A stretch of DNA of 64,000 bases from a virus, in IMG/VR virus record IMGVR_UViG_3300025276_000001, positions 32,001-96,000 of that record. The stretch is one strand, 5' to 3'. The translations under genes and the position numbers were made by a program. Of the stretch, positions 57,510-64,000 are shown piece after piece; position 1 is the first letter of the stretch, and every line of letters starts with the position of its first letter. The notes under the pieces were generated by a model that was not told the origin of the DNA, did not search any database, and saw nothing but the letters and a program-made list of their open reading frames with translations.

Positions 57510-58067
57510 CTATCTATATTTAGTTATTACTTTAGTTAATGTTATTAAGGTTTGATTTATTTCTTCTAATTTATCTACAAGTGCTGTTGATGGTGTTTCA
57601 TCTGGATCAGTCAAACTAAATAGATCTGTAACTTTACCTATTACTTTAGCTGTAGTCTCTTCTCCTTTAGGTGATAAACCTGCTTTTAAACTAGCAATAT
57701 AACCTCTACTGGTTACATCATTAATGACTTTCAATTCACTAACCGGTATCATATGTCTTTGAAATCCTGAATTTGAAGTAATAAGTTCATACTCTGATTT
57801 CCAGTGTGGATTGTAGTTTAGTAAATACAATGTTCTTTTAGGATCTTCAGAAACATAATCTATAGATACAAACTCTGTATATATATCTTCTTCTTTTTCC
57901 ATTTCACTAGGAAAGAAACTAACATGTAATTCATCCTTACCAGAAGGTCTGTATGCCATCTTAGGAATGTATAATGCATTTATCTTACCTTCTTTTTGAA
58001 AGTAATCTTCATGCTCCTCTTTTAAAGTAGAGACTCTTTGCTTGCGCACTGCAGTTGTTATTGCCAT
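57510..58067 (-). CDS. hypothetical protein
   Basis: 185-aa ORF between the helicase and the ATPase. Confidence 0.7.
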   Translation of the reverse strand: MAITTAVRKQRVSTLKEEHEDYFQKEGKINALYIPKMAYRPSGKDELHVSFFPSEMEKEEDIYTEFVSIDYVSEDPKRTLYLLNYNPHWKSEYELITSNSGFQRHMIPVSELKVINDVTSRGYIASLKAGLSPKGEETTAKVIGKVTDLFSLTDPDETPSTALVDKLEEINQTLITLTKVITKYR

Positions 58068-58084
58068 AATTTAAATTATTATTA

Positions 58085-59041
58085 TTAACGTCTTTCCTGT
58101 TGACCAGGGGTTTGCATTTCTTCTATCATCATTTGTTCAAACTTTGCTTTGAAGAAACTCATACGTGCATCACCATTTCTAGCTTTTAGAAAGTGTAACA
58201 CTAATGTTCTATCATTTTCTATGATATATCTGTCAGGTCCATAGAACCTAATCTTTTGTTTAGCAGGTCTATTAATACCAATCAACATATCTGCATGCTG
58301 TAACATAGCATCTGAGCCAAATATATCTGATTCAAGTATATAGTTACCATACTTACCATCTATTGCTCTATCTGGGCTATCAATATTTCTATTAAGCTGT
58401 GATAGTGCAATAAACAAACAAGGATAGTCTCTCTTACATTGTGTAAAGAACTCACCTAACTCAAACATCATATCTAATGTATTATTTTGATAGGGTGCTC
58501 TCTTTACTAACATAGTATGATCTAAAGTGATCATAGTCTTCTTGCCTTTATGCATGTCCATATATACATCAATCTGCTCACGCATTTGATTTACTGTTAA
58601 TGGAGTACTAATTATATCCACTGGATTCTTAACTCTTTCTTTAGCATACTGGTGACATGTGTTAAGCACATCCGGTTGTAAAGTACTACCAGCACTACAC
58701 AACTCTTTGTATGTTTTACCTGTAAAAGAACTAAATTCTCTAATAGCTGAGGTTCTACCCACCATCTCAAATTGAAATTCTAATACTCTAAAGTCATCAT
58801 TAGGGTTCAATGCAAATGATTCCCTAATAATCTGATCTTTTATTAATGTCTTACCTGAACCAGGTCTTCCACCAATAACAGTTAATGTATTCCATTCTAA
58901 ACCATCAGTAGCAGCATCATTAAATTTAGGCCATGGAGTATAGATAGATTTCTCTTGTCCATTCTGTCTGGCATGCATATATTTTAATGCTTCATTAAAG
59001 GCAGCATATTGACCTACCCATCTTTCTTTTGGTTTACTCAT
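58085..59041 (-). CDS. DnaB-like replicative helicase (C-terminal domain only)
   Basis: GGRPGSGKT, FEM, ITLDH, LSQLNR, KARNG. Confidence 0.9.
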   Translation of the reverse strand: MSKPKERWVGQYAAFNEALKYMHARQNGQEKSIYTPWPKFNDAATDGLEWNTLTVIGGRPGSGKTLIKDQIIRESFALNPNDDFRVLEFQFEMVGRTSAIREFSSFTGKTYKELCSAGSTLQPDVLNTCHQYAKERVKNPVDIISTPLTVNQMREQIDVYMDMHKGKKTMITLDHTMLVKRAPYQNNTLDMMFELGEFFTQCKRDYPCLFIALSQLNRNIDSPDRAIDGKYGNYILESDIFGSDAMLQHADMLIGINRPAKQKIRFYGPDRYIIENDRTLVLHFLKARNGDARMSFFKAKFEQMMIEEMQTPGQQERR

Positions 59042-59631
59042 TAGACTACTTTTTCTTTAAAGGTTTTTTCTTCAGTGTCTATGCCGTCTCTGATCATATC
59101 ACAGTAGTCAGCTAGGGTAGAAGACTTAACCCTATGTTTATCTTGCTTGCAAATAAAGTACTGACTGGTTTGCATATACATATACTCTGCATCCCTGTAC
59201 TCATTTACATACATCTTAGTAGCATTAATAACATCTTGCCACTCATAATCATATGTTTCAAAGAACCATCTAAATGATTCTGATAACATTTTAACATTAA
59301 CTCTTGCAGGTTTACCGCTAGGTAGCCTTGTATTAGGAAATGTTTCTCTATAGATATTTATCTTCTCAGAGAAGTCTTTACCCATTAATTGGATATCAGT
59401 TTTCTTCTTTGCTTTTATAAAATAGTTATCTAAGTGTGCTATAAAAGCTTTTGATTGAGGTGTGAGTTTATATATTTTCTCTTCCTTAATCAAAAACCCT
59501 AAGTCTACAAGTTCATCAAGCTGTACATCAATTTTTGACAGTACTGCTGTCTTCTGTTTTATTCCAAATAGAAGATAGGCCTGATTTGGTGTCAGTTTGT
59601 TCTTTAATATTTTCTGGAAGATTTCCCACAT
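59041..59631 (-). CDS. putative replication initiator/loader with N-terminal winged helix
   Basis: LDELVDLGFL..YKLT wHTH-like segment; coupled to DnaB by a TAATG overlap. Confidence 0.5.
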   Translation of the reverse strand: MWEIFQKILKNKLTPNQAYLLFGIKQKTAVLSKIDVQLDELVDLGFLIKEEKIYKLTPQSKAFIAHLDNYFIKAKKKTDIQLMGKDFSEKINIYRETFPNTRLPSGKPARVNVKMLSESFRWFFETYDYEWQDVINATKMYVNEYRDAEYMYMQTSQYFICKQDKHRVKSSTLADYCDMIRDGIDTEEKTFKEKVV

Positions 59632-60046
59632 ATTCTCTGATTTGTTTAGTAATGTTACAATGTGCGTTAATAGTTAATGCATCTTTTTGAACAAAGTTAT
59701 TTTCTATTGTTTTAATAGACCATATTATTGTTGCATGATTTCTACCAATGCTGTTTCCTATGGTGCTTTTTCTGTGCCCTTCTTTAAAAGCAAAGAAAGC
59801 CATAAGCTGAGTATAAACTAAATACTCCCTTCTTCTTAGTTGAACATGTAAGCTTTTAATATACCTAAACTCTGGTTCATTAGCATGCAATGCTCTTATA
59901 ACACAGTTGTGTAGGACCTCTAAACTTAACTTAAAACCTGTTTGTTCTTCTGTTAAAATATGTAAGGATACACCGTGCTTCTTGTAGAAACGAGTCTTAA
60001 ACTCTTGTATGTCTACCTGCTGTGTAAGGTATTGAATATTAGTCAT
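59528..60046 (-). CDS. DnaA C-terminal (domain IV) HTH-like protein
   Basis: RRREYLVYTQL...STIGNSIGRNHATIIWSIKTIEN resembles the DnaA IG..FG.RDHTTV signature. Confidence 0.7.
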   Translation of the reverse strand: MTNIQYLTQQVDIQEFKTRFYKKHGVSLHILTEEQTGFKLSLEVLHNCVIRALHANEPEFRYIKSLHVQLRRREYLVYTQLMAFFAFKEGHRKSTIGNSIGRNHATIIWSIKTIENNFVQKDALTINAHCNITKQIREYVGNLPENIKEQTDTKSGLSSIWNKTEDSSTVKN

Positions 60047-60069
60047 TTAGTGTTGGTTTGTGGGGTTTA

Positions 60070-60085
60070 CAAATATAGCAAATTT
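60070..60085 (-). promoter_or_regulatory. Bacteroidota-type promoter AAATTTGCTATATTTG
   Basis: Exact copy of 35599-35614; 23 nt before ATG 60046. Confidence 0.7.
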
Positions 60086-60771
60086 TACCATATTATACAA
60101 GATTTACCTTGTCTTTCTAATTCATCATTTACTTTGCCAAATATATTATCAGCCTTCCAAGTGCCACCATTATATGCTGCTGCAGCCGGGTGTGGACACT
60201 TTAATATTCTTTGTCCTGGTATAACTAACTGCCAAGATTCTGCTTTCCTACCCATTAATATAAATATGATATCCTTATCTATCTTATTAATAGATTCAAA
60301 TATATATTCTGTAAATGGTTTCCATATAGCATAATGGGATCCAATCTTGTTAACTTCACAAGTCTGAGCTGTATTAATAAGCAATACACCTTGGTTAGCC
60401 CAACGTCTTAAATCACTATCATATCCTCCTTGCATGCCATATAACTCTTTAAAAATATACCTAAGAGATGGTTGAGGTTTCTCAGTGTTAGAACAACTAA
60501 ATGCTATTCCATCTGCAACACCTAATTGTGGATAAGGATCTTGTCCTACTACTACTACTTTAAGATCTGATAGGTTTGTTTCTTTAAATGCATTGAATGC
60601 ATCCTTTAACCTAGGAGTAAATCTTCTATTTTGTTCTACTAATCTTATTAGTGTATCAGTTATATTATCAAACTCTTTGCTATCTAAGAAAGGGTTTAAT
60701 ATTTTGTGCCATCCTGATGACTCAAGGTCCTCCTTAAGAGTTTCCTTGATTAAATCTATTTTATCTTGCAT
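60085..60771 (-). CDS. ung: uracil-DNA glycosylase family 1
   Basis: GQDPYP, ADGIAFS, PSLRYI, WANQGVLLIN, HPAA. Confidence 0.93.
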   Translation of the reverse strand: MQDKIDLIKETLKEDLESSGWHKILNPFLDSKEFDNITDTLIRLVEQNRRFTPRLKDAFNAFKETNLSDLKVVVVGQDPYPQLGVADGIAFSCSNTEKPQPSLRYIFKELYGMQGGYDSDLRRWANQGVLLINTAQTCEVNKIGSHYAIWKPFTEYIFESINKIDKDIIFILMGRKAESWQLVIPGQRILKCPHPAAAAYNGGTWKADNIFGKVNDELERQGKSCIIW

Positions 60772-60787
60772 ATTTTTGCTATCTTTG
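60772..60787 (+). promoter_or_regulatory. Bacteroidota-type promoter ATTTTTGCTATCTTTG
   Basis: TATCTTTG -7 element; 13/16 match to the extended motif; 18 nt before ATG 60806. Confidence 0.65.
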
Positions 60788-60805
60788 TATTATAAATTAT
60801 TTATT

Positions 60806-61243
60806 ATGGCTGAAGAACAGAAACAACACGAAACTGAAACTTATGATTTTACTAAAAATATCACTGATATTGAAGTAAGTCCTGCGTTTATTATAGGTTT
60901 ACAAAGAATTTGTAATCAGTTAATTGTTAGTAAGCCAGAAAGGGGTGCTGAAATGCCAGCTATCTTCAAAAAGTTTGAAAAGATAGTGCACTACTATGGT
61001 AATAAAGATGAATATGAGGAAGAGCCTGTAGTAGAATTAGATGTCTTTGAATCTGATATCTATACTTTGTTTTCTCTTATTCAGTTGTTTAAGCATAAAG
61101 CTAAAGAACAAGGTCTTCAGGTATTAACTGAGACTAATGTTACTAAAGTAGAAATGCAAGAACTAGCTAAGATAGTTGAAGCAGGTGGTGACGCTACTGA
61201 AAAAATTAGAGAGCTGAATGCTAAAATGACTGTTGTTAAATAG
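60806..61243 (+). CDS. acidic hypothetical protein, counter-oriented (145 aa)
   Basis: Start at MAEEQKQ; the track's 5' extension is antisense to ung. Confidence 0.75.
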   Translation: MAEEQKQHETETYDFTKNITDIEVSPAFIIGLQRICNQLIVSKPERGAEMPAIFKKFEKIVHYYGNKDEYEEEPVVELDVFESDIYTLFSLIQLFKHKAKEQGLQVLTETNVTKVEMQELAKIVEAGGDATEKIRELNAKMTVVK

Positions 61244-61627
61244 TTATCTTAGATTCATATTACTAAAGTCTCCAATTTCTACACATGCTTGTATAACTAA
61301 GTTTAATTCTTCTTTATCACAATCTCCAAAAGACTTGCAATATTCTTGCTTGTCTCTTACAAAACATAAACCTGAAGCTCTTTTAACTGCTAGTTTAGCT
61401 TCTTCAAATGTATAGCCAATTTCTTGTGCTATCTCTCTGATCATTGCATGTATCCTAGCTAACTGAGGATTACTGCCTTTATCACCGCTCACTCCTATAA
61501 AGATCTCTAATTTAGAGTCATCAGGTAACTGATTCAGAAACTTTTTAAACTTAGTTCCTGTAGCTTTTATAGGGAAATGTAATTCTCCATCTTTAATAGA
61601 TGCTTTTACAAATAGGTTATCTTTCAT
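61244..61627 (-). CDS. NinB/Orf-like recombination protein
   Basis: SNPQLARIHAMIREIAQEIG...KSFGDCDKEELNLVI pattern. Confidence 0.55.
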   Translation of the reverse strand: MKDNLFVKASIKDGELHFPIKATGTKFKKFLNQLPDDSKLEIFIGVSGDKGSNPQLARIHAMIREIAQEIGYTFEEAKLAVKRASGLCFVRDKQEYCKSFGDCDKEELNLVIQACVEIGDFSNMNLR

Positions 61628-61688
61628 ATACTACTATTACGTGGGTTCCTGGTTGTTCATCACCTGGGTCTGATATTATTATAGTCAT
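61617..61688 (-). CDS. 23-aa micro-ORF (not in track)
   Basis: MTIIISDPGDEQPGTHVIVVYER; ATGA overlap with the upstream stop. Confidence 0.35.
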   Translation of the reverse strand: MTIIISDPGDEQPGTHVIVVYER

Positions 61689-61882
61689 AATTGTGATATA
61701 AATTTAGTGAGGTAGTTAACTACCCATGTTATTACTGGCCATGCAAATACTACTACCATACATCCAATACCAAATAACATAGTGAACATACATCCTTTAT
61801 ATTTTTTAGTAATTTTAGCATCTTCATAAGATTCTAAATCTTTTAACTCTTTAGCTCTTTTGTGAAATTCAGTATTTTTCAT
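61685..61882 (-). CDS. small membrane protein
   Basis: 65 aa with a C-terminal TM helix. Confidence 0.6.
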   Translation of the reverse strand: MKNTEFHKRAKELKDLESYEDAKITKKYKGCMFTMLFGIGCMVVVFAWPVITWVVNYLTKFISQL

Positions 61883-62024
61883 ATCCTCTGTTTTTTATAT
61901 CCCATGCATCACGGTAGTCTGGGTCATGTGGATCTAACTCTAAGCTAGATCTATCATGTACCCATTTACCACTAATGTAAACATAGGTCCTGTTATTAAT
62001 TATTTTACTTATTCTATCACTCAT
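61869..62024 (-). CDS. 51-aa hypothetical protein (not in track)
   Basis: MSDRISKIINNRTYVYISGKWVHDRSSLELDPHDPDYRDAWDIKNRGYEKY; fills the gap with short overlaps. Confidence 0.55.
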   Translation of the reverse strand: MSDRISKIINNRTYVYISGKWVHDRSSLELDPHDPDYRDAWDIKNRGYEKY

Positions 62025-62268
62025 AACTTTCTAGTATTTCTTCTTCTATATCATACTGGTTAACTATGTCTAGAGGAAGTATATCAACCATTACATCATT
62101 ATTATTTCTATCCTTTAATAATGAGTATGCTGCAGTAATTTCTACACTAGGAGCTATACCAGGTGTTCCTGGGTCTCCATTAGATTCTGTCCACACTTCT
62201 GCTTCACCTGGATCATAAGTATAAACTACATCTAGTTCTATACCATCCATATCATATGTAAACTCCAT
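62017..62268 (-). CDS. small acidic hypothetical protein
   Basis: 83 aa; YDPGE...GDPGTPG motif. Confidence 0.65.
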   Translation of the reverse strand: MEFTYDMDGIELDVVYTYDPGEAEVWTESNGDPGTPGIAPSVEITAAYSLLKDRNNNDVMVDILPLDIVNQYDIEEEILESYE

Positions 62269-62269
62269 A

Positions 62270-62506
62270 TTATAAGAATCTTAGTGCTGATCCTACATAA
62301 ACAAATTGTTGCTCACACTCTAAACATTTAGCATTACCTTCATTACGTAATAATGATGGTTGATTACAATTGGGACAAGGTGTATCACCTTCAGTAATAT
62401 ATTCTTCTATTGCACGCCTAGATAAACCATGTATCATTGCGTCATGGGTACCTTTGTACTCTAATTCCTCCTGCTGTTCTATGAACAATTCTTTCATCCT
62501 TCCCAT
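62270..62506 (-). CDS. small zinc-ribbon protein
   Basis: MGRMKE start; CPNC...CLEC. Confidence 0.7.
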   Translation of the reverse strand: MGRMKELFIEQQEELEYKGTHDAMIHGLSRRAIEEYITEGDTPCPNCNQPSLLRNEGNAKCLECEQQFVYVGSALRFL

Positions 62507-62667
62507 TATAGTATTCTTTTAAGTTTATCAGTTTTGTGATTAAGCATGTCTCTGCATGTCATTTGATTGATCTGTCTCTTAATGTTTCTTTTGCCAGATT
62601 TAATTCCTAGTTGATAGGCAGCTATAGTTGTTATAGTTGTTATAATTCCTAATATTAATATTTCCAT
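62506..62667 (-). CDS. 53-aa N-terminal TM protein (not in track)
   Basis: MEILILGIITTITTIAAYQLGIKSGKRN...; TAATG coupling to the next gene. Confidence 0.55.
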   Translation of the reverse strand: MEILILGIITTITTIAAYQLGIKSGKRNIKRQINQMTCRDMLNHKTDKLKRIL

Positions 62668-62669
62668 TT

Positions 62670-63788
62670 TTAGTTTTTTAGTGGGTTATGGTATTTAACT
62701 TTTGTTGGGTCAAAGTCTTTAAGTGCATTTTGCACCCATACTTCATCTTGTGTGCCTATGTAACATAATATGTGACATATTGCTGTATCACTTGGATTTA
62801 GCCTAAGCAGTCTTCCAATTCTTTGTGATGACTTTCTTTCATTACCATATGCATGCATAATGATACCTTGCTTAAGGTTGGGTATTGTTACACCTTCACT
62901 TAATTGTAGTACACATGATAGCCTATCTATTCTTCCATCAGAGAACAACTCAAGGTTATCTTCTGATTGTGGATTCTTAGAATGGTAGCTATGCTTGCAT
63001 AATTTGTCTGCCTGTTTCTGAGTATTTGCAAATATAATACACTTAGTACCAAGACTTTTAGCTAATGACTTAGCATACAACTCTTTGGTATTGTATTCCA
63101 TAATTGCTCTCATCCTCATAATAGAAGCAAACTGTTTCTGTTTAGGTGTCTGTGCTTCAGCAACTCTACTAGATACATAATTATAATCTTTTTGTTCTGT
63201 AGTATACCAATGTCCCCCGGCTTTTGTCTTCTTCTTTAAAGCTGGTATTTTTGATAAAACTAACTGATGAACTATAATTTTATAATTATTTAATATGTTA
63301 GAGTCTGTTGCTTGATCTACAGAAAACTTAAACTTCATTGGACAATACTTTCTAACCATTAGGCCCTTAGTTGAGCTTTCATCTTTAGGAGGTGTGCCTG
63401 TTAATCCAAGTATCCTACCTTTAAATACTGATAAAAATGCATCATGATTAGGTAGTAAACTATGACATTCATCTAAATAGACAACATCATACTCTGTAGG
63501 TTTATGTTTATTGATGGACAAGTAAGTTGTAAACGTTATATGTTTAACTAAACTTTGTAAGTTCATCTTTTCTAACTCATCTATCCAAGATTGAGCTACA
63601 GAATGTTTTGGTATAACAACTAAAGCTTCTACTAATGGGTTATAACAATACTGTAAATGTTGTATTGCTATTCTAGTTTTACCTACACCCATAGAAATGC
63701 CAAGTCCACATCTTTTATTTGCTATTGCAATGTCTAATGCTTTTTTTTGTATTACATCTCTGCTAGTTTCAGAATTATGTGGTGCCAT
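62670..63788 (-). CDS. superfamily 2 helicase (DExH)
   Basis: SMGVGKT, LDECH, GLTGT, QRIGRLLR. Confidence 0.9.
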   Translation of the reverse strand: MAPHNSETSRDVIQKKALDIAIANKRCGLGISMGVGKTRIAIQHLQYCYNPLVEALVVIPKHSVAQSWIDELEKMNLQSLVKHITFTTYLSINKHKPTEYDVVYLDECHSLLPNHDAFLSVFKGRILGLTGTPPKDESSTKGLMVRKYCPMKFKFSVDQATDSNILNNYKIIVHQLVLSKIPALKKKTKAGGHWYTTEQKDYNYVSSRVAEAQTPKQKQFASIMRMRAIMEYNTKELYAKSLAKSLGTKCIIFANTQKQADKLCKHSYHSKNPQSEDNLELFSDGRIDRLSCVLQLSEGVTIPNLKQGIIMHAYGNERKSSQRIGRLLRLNPSDTAICHILCYIGTQDEVWVQNALKDFDPTKVKYHNPLKN

Positions 63789-63862
63789 AGTGTTATTGTT
63801 ATTATTAAGATTATTGTATAAACTACTAATATTAGTAACTTATCTTTTTTGTTATTTTTCAT
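63752..63862 (-). CDS. 36-aa TM microprotein (not in track)
   Basis: MKNNKKDKLLILVVYTIILIITITLWHHIILKLAEM; ATGA overlap with the HNH stop. Confidence 0.45.
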   Translation of the reverse strand: MKNNKKDKLLILVVYTIILIITITLWHHIILKLAEM

Positions 63863-64000
63863 ATTCTATCTGTAGATAAACCTAGTTCTTTAGCTTCTTG
63901 TGGATGTTCTTCTATATATGTATGACAAGTTCTACATACTGATAACCAAGTACTTACCACTAGGTAATATTCACCACGTCCTTTCTTGTGGTGCACATCT
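63859..64000 (-). CDS. HNH endonuclease, 3' part (partial)
   Basis: DVHHKKGR...WLSVCRTCHTYIEEHPQEAKELG. Confidence 0.8.
   Translation of the reverse strand, partial: DVHHKKGRGEYYLVVSTWLSVCRTCHTYIEEHPQEAKELGLSTDRI

Noticed and set aside
55073-60805. Long 5' extensions given by the track for RusA (55168), primase (56088) and the + strand ORF (60593)
   Set aside because: They overlap adjacent genes or a terminator; downstream ATGs with proper leaders fit better

Overview
AT-rich window from a crAss-like (Crassvirales-type) phage genome. The likely host is Bacteroidota/Flavobacteriia, judged from TAnnTTTG promoters, SD-less A-rich leaders, and Flavobacterium-like GroEL and RNR. The standard genetic code fits. 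On the + strand, 1-29.9 kb encodes virion cargo/ejection proteins, including a 4755-aa protein with a zincin HEAFH site and the crAss-type RNA polymerase DFDID site, and a 1991-aa protein with a PD-(D/E)xK nuclease domain. A four-gene envelope cassette follows (beta-barrel, lipoprotein, TM coiled-coil, exported thioredoxin-like protein), then a minus-strand class Id-like nrdAB pair, and a + strand block of microproteins, three fibre paralogues and a holin (35.7-42 kb). From 42 to 64 kb lies a minus-strand replication/early arm: NMAD1, GroEL, DUF932-like, MazG, PolB, exonuclease, MoxR-vWA/zincin with BRCT-like paralogues, RusA, primase, SSB, Sak4-like ATPase, DnaB, DnaA-C-like, UDG, NinB-like, SF2 helicase and HNH. 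Best candidates for undescribed biology: (1) a cargo protein built from short modules delimited by a recurring phi-x-x-G-G motif that recurs in stand-alone microproteins; (2) the envelope cassette; (3) the MoxR/vWA-peptidase operon with three motif-sharing partner proteins; (4) a structured leader upstream of a GroES-less groEL. All calls come from motif recognition by eye; no searches were run.
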